A DNA stretch of 64,000 nt from a virus: positions 1 to 64,000 of the IMG/VR virus record IMGVR_UViG_3300026484_000095; one strand, 5' to 3'. This document shows positions 10,276 through 18,036 of the stretch, one piece after another (the first letter of the stretch is position 1; the number at the start of each line of letters is the position of its first letter). The position numbers and the translations under genes were made by a program. Under the pieces are notes generated by a model. The model was given only the letters and a program-made list of their open reading frames with translations. It was not told the DNA's origin and did no database searches.

Positions 10276-11093
10276 GTATTTTAGAAAGAATAAAAAATTT
10301 CCTTAAACTAACGGATAGAAATTCTAGAGAGAAAGAAAAATGCAAGTTTAACTCTGAGTGTGGGAATAAAAATTCTTCAAATTATGACCCTGATAAATGT
10401 CACTCTAATTTATCATCTTATAAAGATATATTAGATAGCATTAAAACAAAACCTAAGGAAGCTGATAAAGAGGAGCAACTAGTTCCCGATTTAGACCATA
10501 TAGAGCAAAGGGTCGATTGGTCTAAAAAGATTGTATTGATAATGGACGATGAGCCTTTAATCAATTATTTCATACAAGATGATTTAAGATACTTTGAATC
10601 AATAGCTAAGAAGATAGCAAAAGGTATTAATCTTAACTCATCTGATAAAACATTGTTGGCTTTAGCTGATGCTAATGAAGTTGGAGAAACATTGAGAAAT
10701 TTCACTGTTAATGATTACAGTATAATTTCGGTTACTGGTGATTACGCCGCTTTTTCTATACAAAGGTATATAGAGAAGATTAAAAGAGTAGACTATGCTG
10801 TTTTAGATATCTCTATCGGTGGCACTTTGGTTGTAAATGGTTCAAGAAAAAGATTAAGTGGTATTGATATTGCTATTACACTTAAAGAGAAAGTGAACCA
10901 CAAAGTCAATCTATTGATGTATACTGGGAATGATTTAGGTAAATATAGTCCTGAATCAATACAGTTTGAAGAGAATATCAAAGATGACTTGTTCTTGTAT
11001 TTAGTTAATAAGGACTCCCCTCTTAATGTTCGTAGAGTTAAGCTATTGCTATTTTTGATGAATAGACCTTTCTCTATGATTAATTATAATTAG
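10272..11093 (+). CDS. Response regulator, receiver domain only (with insertion and Cys-rich N-terminal extension)
   Basis: VLIMDDEP acidic pocket, AVLDISI phospho-Asp, SGIDIA, LMYTG, VNKD; no output domain. Confidence 0.8.
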   Translation: MSILERIKNFLKLTDRNSREKEKCKFNSECGNKNSSNYDPDKCHSNLSSYKDILDSIKTKPKEADKEEQLVPDLDHIEQRVDWSKKIVLIMDDEPLINYFIQDDLRYFESIAKKIAKGINLNSSDKTLLALADANEVGETLRNFTVNDYSIISVTGDYAAFSIQRYIEKIKRVDYAVLDISIGGTLVVNGSRKRLSGIDIAITLKEKVNHKVNLLMYTGNDLGKYSPESIQFEENIKDDLFLYLVNKDSPLNVRRVKLLLFLMNRPFSMINYN

Positions 11094-11105
11094 AGGAGTT
11101 TTGTT

Positions 11106-12506
11106 ATGCTTGAAGCTTTTTACTACGGGATGAAGAATAGACTACAAGGTCTGTTCTCCTCTATTTATTATGTTCAGAAAGAAGTTCTTACTTATCAAAA
11201 CAAAAAATTAATTATGAAAGTTATATCTGCAATAGCTATTATAGTACTCTTATCCAATCTTATATATTCTATATACTCTACAAATTCCCTTGTAGAAAAC
11301 AATAAACAGAACTTAATGGTTTCTATCAATGAGTTAATAACTTATGATGGTGAAGTGGATTTGACTTACATAGCAAATTTGTCTAAGGCTGATTTTATCA
11401 TTATTGAAAAGGGGGACACAACCTATAACATTTATCATAGAGAGGGTCAGTTACTGAAAAAATATAGAGATTCAGATAAGAATGATTATTACACTCCATT
11501 ATATACAGCAAACTATAAAGATTGGTATATATCTAACAATTTTAATTTGGTTATAAAGTTAACTAATTCTGATTTACAATATCATTCCAAATATAATGTA
11601 TTGTTGTTAAGCGGTTCTATACCATCTATCGTTATTTACAATTTCTTTTATACATTTTTATTAACTGTATTTTTCATTTTTCTTAGTTTAACTGCTATTG
11701 TATATGTAGCAAGTAAAGTTAGGATTTCAGAGCTGATAGCCACGGCAAGTAATGAAGCTATGCTACAAGTTAAGAATAGCCAAAAGTTCGTAGAGAGTAT
11801 GCACCACGAAGTAAAAACTCCCCTAGCTGTGTTAAATTCTACATTTAATAAAATGGAAGTATTAATAAATGACCTATGGGAGAACACTGAAAATTATGAT
11901 TATATCAAAGAGAGATTAGGGGAGGATAAGCAAATTATCGAGGATTTGACGGTAGCTGTGTCGTTCAATTTTGAGCTAATCTATAACATACTAGATAAAC
12001 AAAAGAATAATAGAGCTATAAGATTTTCTAACGGTAATTACAATCTATTTGACTTATTACAACACTCCTGTGAAAATTTGAGATGGGATACTAAAATAAA
12101 GTATTCGTATGATATAGACAATCGTTTTAAGCTGTTATCTAACAAAACCTTAGCTAATGAGGATTTTGTTAATATCTTTATTAATCATATTAAGAACTCA
12201 TTAGAAGCTAATGCAAATATGATTAAAATACACTTACAAGGTGTAAAAGATGATAAAGCTATTATTTTGTTAGCTGATAACGGTTCAGGAATACCTGATA
12301 GTGTAAAAGATATGATTTATCTTCCTAGCTTTTCAACCAAAAAACAATTAAAAGATAGCGATAATCAAGGTGTAGGAATGTACTTATGCCATTCTTTGTT
12401 AGAAGAAGCTAAAGGGTCTGAATCTGTTAAGTATAGCGATAGTCAAGGAACTGTATTTGAGATTATTCTCCCTATAACTGATTATATAGAAAAGGAGAAG
12501 CAATGA
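11106..12506 (+). CDS. Membrane sensor histidine kinase
   Basis: Two TM segments around a periplasmic region; H-box MHHEVKTPL, N-box NHIKNSLEA, G1 DNGSGIP, F-box FSTK, G2 GVGMYLC. Confidence 0.9.
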   Translation: MLEAFYYGMKNRLQGLFSSIYYVQKEVLTYQNKKLIMKVISAIAIIVLLSNLIYSIYSTNSLVENNKQNLMVSINELITYDGEVDLTYIANLSKADFIIIEKGDTTYNIYHREGQLLKKYRDSDKNDYYTPLYTANYKDWYISNNFNLVIKLTNSDLQYHSKYNVLLLSGSIPSIVIYNFFYTFLLTVFFIFLSLTAIVYVASKVRISELIATASNEAMLQVKNSQKFVESMHHEVKTPLAVLNSTFNKMEVLINDLWENTENYDYIKERLGEDKQIIEDLTVAVSFNFELIYNILDKQKNNRAIRFSNGNYNLFDLLQHSCENLRWDTKIKYSYDIDNRFKLLSNKTLANEDFVNIFINHIKNSLEANANMIKIHLQGVKDDKAIILLADNGSGIPDSVKDMIYLPSFSTKKQLKDSDNQGVGMYLCHSLLEEAKGSESVKYSDSQGTVFEIILPITDYIEKEKQ

Positions 12507-12766
12507 AATACATACTTATAATGCTAGGCTTGTTATCAACTATCAATGCAGATTGTTTATTGGTGTTTAGGAAATATCCTAACATTGAGTTAGAAACTAA
12601 ATCTCATAAATCTTGGGTAAGAGTTTTAAACAATCCAAATAGATTGAAATACTATGGTTTATCAATAGATAAAAACAAGGGCGATATTATCATAATGATA
12701 AAATGCTTAAAAAATAAAAGAATAAACTTACAATTAGGAGAGGGACACAATGAAAGTGATTTTTAG
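12503..12766 (+). CDS. Small secreted/periplasmic protein
   Basis: Sec-type signal MKYILIMLGLLSTINA; two Cys; ATGA overlap with kinase. Confidence 0.6.
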   Translation: MKYILIMLGLLSTINADCLLVFRKYPNIELETKSHKSWVRVLNNPNRLKYYGLSIDKNKGDIIIMIKCLKNKRINLQLGEGHNESDF

Positions 12767-13841
12767 TATAATGTTAATATGTATAACAACTTTATCAGCA
12801 AGGGATTTAGTAGCTGTTGATTTAGATGTAGCTAATTATTATTATACTTCAAAAGATGATAGTTACAACATACAAGACTATAAGGCACAAGTTACCTATG
12901 CAGAGGTATTTAAAAACAATTATAAAGTGGTTTCACAAGTGGAGGTATTAGCAAGGAGGAATGCTCACCTTAATCACGAAACATTCGATGGGAACTATAT
13001 TTATTTCAAAGCTCTTTATTTAGAGTATCTAATCAATAAGAACTATTCTTTTTATATTGGGAAAGTTCCTTATCTATATGATGAGCTAGATATATATAAC
13101 TATGGTGGTTCTAGTTCATCTAAAACAACTCTTGGAGAGGGCTTATTTTTAATTTCAGGTAATATACGAAATACAGTTGGTATTTCTTTTCATAAAGATA
13201 GGGCGAAGATAAACTTTGGTTATATAGCAAAGCTTGATAACTTCTTGGATGGTGCTTCTCCTTATCAAGATTTTAATATGCAATCTACATTTGATAAAGC
13301 AGATGGTCTAACTTTATATATTAAATGTAACCCTATTGAGAAGCATATATTTACCTATGACTCTTATTTAGTTAAAGCTCGTTTGAGTGATAAGAACACT
13401 GATATTTTAGCTTATAATGGGGCAATACAGTATTTATATGATGATACTGATTATTCAGGTTATAAGTTTATCAATGAGGTAGCTTACAGTTATAAGAACT
13501 CAGATAGTGATACACATACAACAACTAATGGTTATGCTTATAGAACAGCTATAATGAAACAGATTGACTATTTATATGAAACAGTCGTAGGTTTTGAGTA
13601 TATTAAGACTTCCAAAGATTTTGTATCTATAAAAACATCAGTAGTGAATAACCGTAACAATATGGTTTTCGGAGGTTCTAATTATAATATGTTCTCGACT
13701 TTCTCTTTTAGCAAAGATATATCTATGTCTTTTTGTTTTAGCTATCAGAGAGTAAATTATGTTAGACCTAGCTTAGAACAAGTTGTACCTTCAAATTTTT
13801 CAATTAAAACAATTCACACATCTATATCTTACCATTTCTAA
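12750..13841 (+). CDS. Outer-membrane beta-barrel/porin-like protein
   Basis: Signal peptide, Tyr-rich amphipathic strands, C-terminal SISYHF (terminal Phe, BAM-signal-like). Confidence 0.7.
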   Translation: MKVIFSIMLICITTLSARDLVAVDLDVANYYYTSKDDSYNIQDYKAQVTYAEVFKNNYKVVSQVEVLARRNAHLNHETFDGNYIYFKALYLEYLINKNYSFYIGKVPYLYDELDIYNYGGSSSSKTTLGEGLFLISGNIRNTVGISFHKDRAKINFGYIAKLDNFLDGASPYQDFNMQSTFDKADGLTLYIKCNPIEKHIFTYDSYLVKARLSDKNTDILAYNGAIQYLYDDTDYSGYKFINEVAYSYKNSDSDTHTTTNGYAYRTAIMKQIDYLYETVVGFEYIKTSKDFVSIKTSVVNNRNNMVFGGSNYNMFSTFSFSKDISMSFCFSYQRVNYVRPSLEQVVPSNFSIKTIHTSISYHF

Positions 13842-13851
13842 AACAAGTATT

Positions 13852-13889
13852 AACCTCCTATAATCGTTACAAAATTTTTATGGGAGGTT
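13852..13889 (+). promoter_or_regulatory. Hairpin sequestering holin RBS, with TATAAT in its 5' arm
   Basis: AACCTCCTATAA / TTATGGGAGGTT 12-bp stem (one G:U) covers GGGAGG; TATAAT at 13859-13864. Confidence 0.6.
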
Positions 13890-13893
13890 CGTA

Positions 13894-14208
13894 ATGGACG
13901 AAAAACAAATAGAAGAGAAAATACATCAGGCTACGGATTGGTGGGCAGAGCATAATCTTGGAACAAGAGTTAGTTTAATAACTTTCACATTGTTATTGAT
14001 AGTGGTTATCCTTTACCCAATGTTAGCTCCTGCCAAAGAAATCGTAGTCAAAGGTGTTCCACACTTAGTAGTTAAAGATATTCCTCACTATGATAAAATC
14101 GTAGGTATTGTATCTGATTTAGCTTTTTGGTCGTTTGCAGTTGTAACAGTAGGGGCGAACACTTTATTAAAGTTAGCAGACGCTTGGATAAAAGTGAAAG
14201 GTAAGTAA
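13894..14208 (+). CDS. Putative holin
   Basis: 104 aa, two TM helices, basic C-terminus, first gene of spanin/endolysin block. Confidence 0.6.
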   Translation: MDEKQIEEKIHQATDWWAEHNLGTRVSLITFTLLLIVVILYPMLAPAKEIVVKGVPHLVVKDIPHYDKIVGIVSDLAFWSFAVVTVGANTLLKLADAWIKVKGK

Positions 14209-14537
14209 TGGTTATATTTAACAGTATTAAAACTGTCGGTACTATATTAGTTAGCTTCTTAGCTTTATTCGGTTTTTGGAAATACAAAAACAAAGAAGAA
14301 GAAGTAACTGAACTTAAATCTTATGCAGAGCAAAAAGATAAAGAGGTTCAAGCTATGAAGCAAACTGTCGAAGTTCAAGAGAGAGTGTACCAACAAGAAG
14401 TATCAAATTTTGAGATGGAAAAAGAGGTTCAGAGTGAGTCTGCAAAGACTGGTAAAGAGAACATAAAGAGAAAGAATGAAATGCACTTAACAGTAGATAA
14501 TGCTGTAGAGGGTGAAGAGTTCGACTTAAAGGCTTAA
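14208..14537 (+). CDS. Putative inner-membrane spanin (Rz-like)
   Basis: N-terminal TM then coiled coil; directly before a lipoprotein. Confidence 0.7.
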   Translation: MVIFNSIKTVGTILVSFLALFGFWKYKNKEEEVTELKSYAEQKDKEVQAMKQTVEVQERVYQQEVSNFEMEKEVQSESAKTGKENIKRKNEMHLTVDNAVEGEEFDLKA

Positions 14538-14539
14538 AA

Positions 14540-14839
14540 ATGAAGTTTATACAATTATCTATCATAGGTCTATCTTCTTTGTTACTGGGTGGTTGTATAT
14601 CAACAGAGTATAAAACAATCGAAGTGCCAAAGTATATTGAGAGACCTATGCCTGAGTTAAAAGTTTATGAGGTTAATAGTTCTTACACATTTACTAGGCT
14701 TAAAAAAGAGAACGGTTATATTAAGGTTCCTATTAAGCAATTCAAAGAGTATGTAGGAATTAAAATGGACTTGGAAGCGAGTTTAGAGAAAGCTAATAAT
14801 CAAGTTCGTATTTACAACAAAAAACGAACAAAAAAATAA
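14540..14839 (+). CDS. Putative outer-membrane spanin lipoprotein (Rz1-like)
   Basis: Lipobox LLLGGC, Pro-containing segment, helical C-terminus. Confidence 0.7.
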   Translation: MKFIQLSIIGLSSLLLGGCISTEYKTIEVPKYIERPMPELKVYEVNSSYTFTRLKKENGYIKVPIKQFKEYVGIKMDLEASLEKANNQVRIYNKKRTKK

Positions 14840-14851
14840 CGGAGAAATGAA

Positions 14852-15316
14852 ATGTTTGATTATGGAACACGAAGTCAAGATAGATTGGAAACTTGTCATA
14901 AAGATATACAGCTAATCTTTAATGAAGCGATTAAATTCTATGATATATCTATCTTAGAGGGTATTCGCTCAGATGAAACTCAGCTAGAGTATTATGAGAC
15001 GGGTAGAAGTCAGTTAGATGGTAAGATTAAGAAGTCTAAACATCAAGGTAAAGTAGACGAAGATGGTAACATAGTTTCTTATGCTATTGACTGTATGCCT
15101 TACAAGAAAGGCACTAATGCCTTTAGTGGTAAAGAGGAAGATAAATATCGTTTCTACTTCTTAGCAGGTTTGATTTATAGTATAACTGAAAGGCTGTATA
15201 ATAAGGGTAAAATAACCCACAAAATACGATGGGGCGGTGATTGGGCTATGGATATGGTTTATCACCCTGATAGAGAGTTCACTGATTTACCACATTTTGA
15301 GTTAGTTGAAGCATAA
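14852..15316 (+). CDS. Endolysin, M15 L-alanyl-D-glutamate peptidase family
   Basis: GIRS...Q, SKH, AID, RWGGDW, DLPHFE motifs. Confidence 0.9.
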   Translation: MFDYGTRSQDRLETCHKDIQLIFNEAIKFYDISILEGIRSDETQLEYYETGRSQLDGKIKKSKHQGKVDEDGNIVSYAIDCMPYKKGTNAFSGKEEDKYRFYFLAGLIYSITERLYNKGKITHKIRWGGDWAMDMVYHPDREFTDLPHFELVEA

Positions 15317-15319
15317 TAG

Positions 15320-15531
15320 ATGGTGGATTTTCTGATACTAGCTTTAATACTACTAGTTATTATATTTTTCATAATTTTAGCTTTTATAACAAAAGGAGCT
15401 AAAACTTGTGGAAATTGTGGAGCTTCAATGTATTCACCTTTAATAGGTGGGAAGAAGCGAGATGGCTTTACAGATTACACATTTATAAATGTGTAAATTG
15501 TTCTGAAATAGTGGAAGAAATTTGTAAATAA
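15320..15531 (+). pseudogene. Membrane-anchored zinc-ribbon protein, frameshifted
   Basis: TM + CGNC in one frame; second CVNC in the -1 frame. Confidence 0.4.
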
Positions 15532-15543
15532 GGTTGTATCGTT

Positions 15544-15798
15544 TATAATGTGTTAAGGGTGTTTAAGATAATGAACTGCACTAAGTTATCTCTGACAAGC
15601 CAACCCCTTAACATTGATACCATATGATTTTTATCTACATTTTTCCCTTGTTAATTTTATCTCAAAAAGATTCAAAGTGACCTTAGTTGGCTAGGTCTTT
15701 TGTCATTCTCTATTACCCTACACCAACTAAGGTAGTAGTTAAAGTGTCCTTATCGTAACCCTTTATATCTTGCTATCCCAAAAGCAAGGAGAGGGTTA
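15544..15798 (+). promoter_or_regulatory. TATAAT followed by a ~250-nt structured leader/ncRNA with three stems, the last covering the KTSC RBS
   Basis: TGTTAAGGG/CCCTTAACA, ACCTTAGTTGG/CCAACTAAGGT, TAACCCT..CTTGCT/AGCAAG..AGGGTTA. Confidence 0.5.
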
Positions 15799-16133
15799 TG
15801 TTACAAACAATCGCAACTGAAAAAGTAGATAGTTCTACAATCGCCGAAGTTGGTTATAATGCAACTTCAAAAATCTTAAAAGTAAAGTTCAAAAATGGTT
15901 CTAGTTATCTGTATATAGGTGTGAGTAAAGACTTATATCAACAGTTACAGAAAGCAACTTCAATCGGTTCTACATTTCATCAAAGAGTTAAAACAGATAA
16001 AAGACTTATAGCTGTAAAAGAAGATGACTTAGATATGACAAAAGTATTTCAAGTTATTAAAGCTATGAAAGAAGATGATAGTAACTGTAAAAATCTAAGA
16101 GCTATGTTGATTGAGCACTCAGGGGTTATCTAG
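15798..16133 (+). CDS. KTSC-domain protein
   Basis: VDSSTIAEVGYN...LKVKFKNGSSYLY...SIGSTFH. Confidence 0.85.
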   Translation: MLQTIATEKVDSSTIAEVGYNATSKILKVKFKNGSSYLYIGVSKDLYQQLQKATSIGSTFHQRVKTDKRLIAVKEDDLDMTKVFQVIKAMKEDDSNCKNLRAMLIEHSGVI

Positions 16134-16205
16134 GTAAGGTTAAAAGGTTATCGTGCAACCTGCTATATGGTTGTGTTGAAAACAAAAAAGCAAGGAGAAA
16201 GCAAA

Positions 16206-16529
16206 ATGAGTAAAGTAATGGAAATCCAAAACGAACAAGAGTTCGATAAGTTTGTAGAAGAAAATGGAACTGTCCTGATTGATTTCTGGGCACCGTGGTG
16301 TGGACCGTGTAGAATAATTGCACCAGTTATCGATGAGTTGGCAAGTGAAGAGGAAACAAACGGCTTTAAAGTTGTTAAAGTAAATACAGATGAGCAACCT
16401 GATTTGGCTCAAAGATTGGGTGTCCGTTCAATCCCAACTCTTATGGTGTATAAAAATGGTGAAATGGTAACAAGTGAAGCAGGTGCAAAAAGCAAAGACG
16501 CTATCAAACAGATGGTAGCTAATTGTTAG
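16206..16529 (+). CDS. trxA: Thioredoxin
   Basis: DFWAPWCGPC, VRSIPTL; AAGGAG RBS before ATG 16206. Confidence 0.95.
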   Translation: MSKVMEIQNEQEFDKFVEENGTVLIDFWAPWCGPCRIIAPVIDELASEEETNGFKVVKVNTDEQPDLAQRLGVRSIPTLMVYKNGEMVTSEAGAKSKDAIKQMVANC

Positions 16530-16562
16530 CAGATGGCTACTAAGCAACATCTAGCTTAAACA

Positions 16563-16610
16563 AGAGGTCAAACTAAGCTCTCTATTTTTTGAGTTTTGGT
16601 AATGACCTCT
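16563..16610 (+). terminator. Stem-loop after thioredoxin
   Basis: AGAGGTCA ... TGACCTCT with inner stem, followed by Ts. Confidence 0.4.
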
Positions 16611-16644
16611 TTATAGTTTATAAAAAGGTTAAAAGGTTAATAAG

Positions 16645-18018
16645 ATGGAAACAAAATTCTTTAACATTGATACAACAATACCTACATTTGAGAGTGATGG
16701 TATTTTTATAGACTCTAAAGAGGTTACACCTTTACAAGCAGTTCTTATATTGTATAATGCTACAAAAGATAAAAAACAGTTCCAAGAGGTTCATATACCG
16801 TGGGAATTAGAAGAGTTTGCAGTATTTACTTATGAAGCTAATGGGTTCAGTAAAGATTTAATAACAGTTGATTTAGAGTTAATCCCTACTCATTTAGAGT
16901 ATAAAGATGTAGTCCTTACAATGTTCACTGGTGGTAAAGATAGTTTTAGCTCTTTTGTTAAATACTCCCATTTAGCAGAAAAAGATGTAAATGTATTTAT
17001 AAAAGGTTTAAATCCTCTATACCCTAATGAGTATAAAAATGCTTTAATGTTAGCTGATGAACTAGGAATAAGTTTAGATATTATAGAAGTAAAGTTGCCA
17101 AAGGTTGTCAATCAACCTGAAAGTCCTGTCAAAAATGCTTTAACTTATGTCTTAGCAATAGAACATTTAGGGTATATACCTGATTATTTCAGCTTTGGGC
17201 ATACAACTGGTTATTATGTGGACAATCATAATGAGATTGTAGAAGAGGACGGTAATAAAGAGGTCTATGATGATTTAGTTGATACATATTTAGAGACTGG
17301 AGAGTTCAGACAAATTGCAGGGGTTCAAGCTAGTTTAGTATCAGGAGATACTTTGGAAGCCTCTTATATGTTTGATTTCTTTTTTAGTCTAGCTTATGGA
17401 GATAAGGTAGATACTCAGGGAACAAAAGATGAAATAGAAGCTTACAGATGGCAAGAGAGTTACGGGTTAGGTCAAAAAAGCTCCTCTTGTATGAGTTCAA
17501 TAGCTTATAAGAAACCTCATAAGAATAGGCTCAATGCTAAATATAGTATAGAAATCCAAGGGAAAAATCTAATAGCAGGGACTGTATATCTCAAAAATAG
17601 GGCTGTATCTATATTTGATTTTAGAAACCTAGCTAGAGATGTATCATTTGAAGTATTTGATAAAGACGATAATAAGTTAGGCGATTACAATATAAACGAT
17701 ATTCCTCTATCTGCTATTGATAAAAAAGATTGGTTTGGAGAGTACGAATGTGGAGTTTGTTGGAAAGACACGGAAAGATATATAGTATACTCCAATCATT
17801 TTGGCTATCAGTATGCAGATGGTTTTATACTCAATGCCAAAGAGAGTATATATCGCTTTTATGCTAAGTATAAAGATGAAAATATGAACTCTAATGATGA
17901 TAAGTATTATATCCAAGAGGTGCTACAATTAAGAAAAAGTGAAGTACCTAAGAAGTATCTATCTCAAAAGAGCAAGATGGGGGTACCTCAATCTGTATTA
18001 GATAAGTTCCTTAAATAG
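16645..18018 (+). CDS. PP-loop ATP pyrophosphatase, QueC-like
   Basis: FTGGKDS PP-loop; SSC and CGVCWKD metal-binding remnants. Confidence 0.6.
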   Translation: METKFFNIDTTIPTFESDGIFIDSKEVTPLQAVLILYNATKDKKQFQEVHIPWELEEFAVFTYEANGFSKDLITVDLELIPTHLEYKDVVLTMFTGGKDSFSSFVKYSHLAEKDVNVFIKGLNPLYPNEYKNALMLADELGISLDIIEVKLPKVVNQPESPVKNALTYVLAIEHLGYIPDYFSFGHTTGYYVDNHNEIVEEDGNKEVYDDLVDTYLETGEFRQIAGVQASLVSGDTLEASYMFDFFFSLAYGDKVDTQGTKDEIEAYRWQESYGLGQKSSSCMSSIAYKKPHKNRLNAKYSIEIQGKNLIAGTVYLKNRAVSIFDFRNLARDVSFEVFDKDDNKLGDYNINDIPLSAIDKKDWFGEYECGVCWKDTERYIVYSNHFGYQYADGFILNAKESIYRFYAKYKDENMNSNDDKYYIQEVLQLRKSEVPKKYLSQKSKMGVPQSVLDKFLK

Positions 18019-18036
18019 TTTAAAGGGTGTATAAGT

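Noticed and set aside
9763-13841. Host chromosome contamination or prophage boundary
   Set aside because: Same strand, similar composition and the same GAC-before-C habit as the flanks, and it sits between structural and lysis genes with no integrase or att site seen. Read-level confirmation is still advisable.
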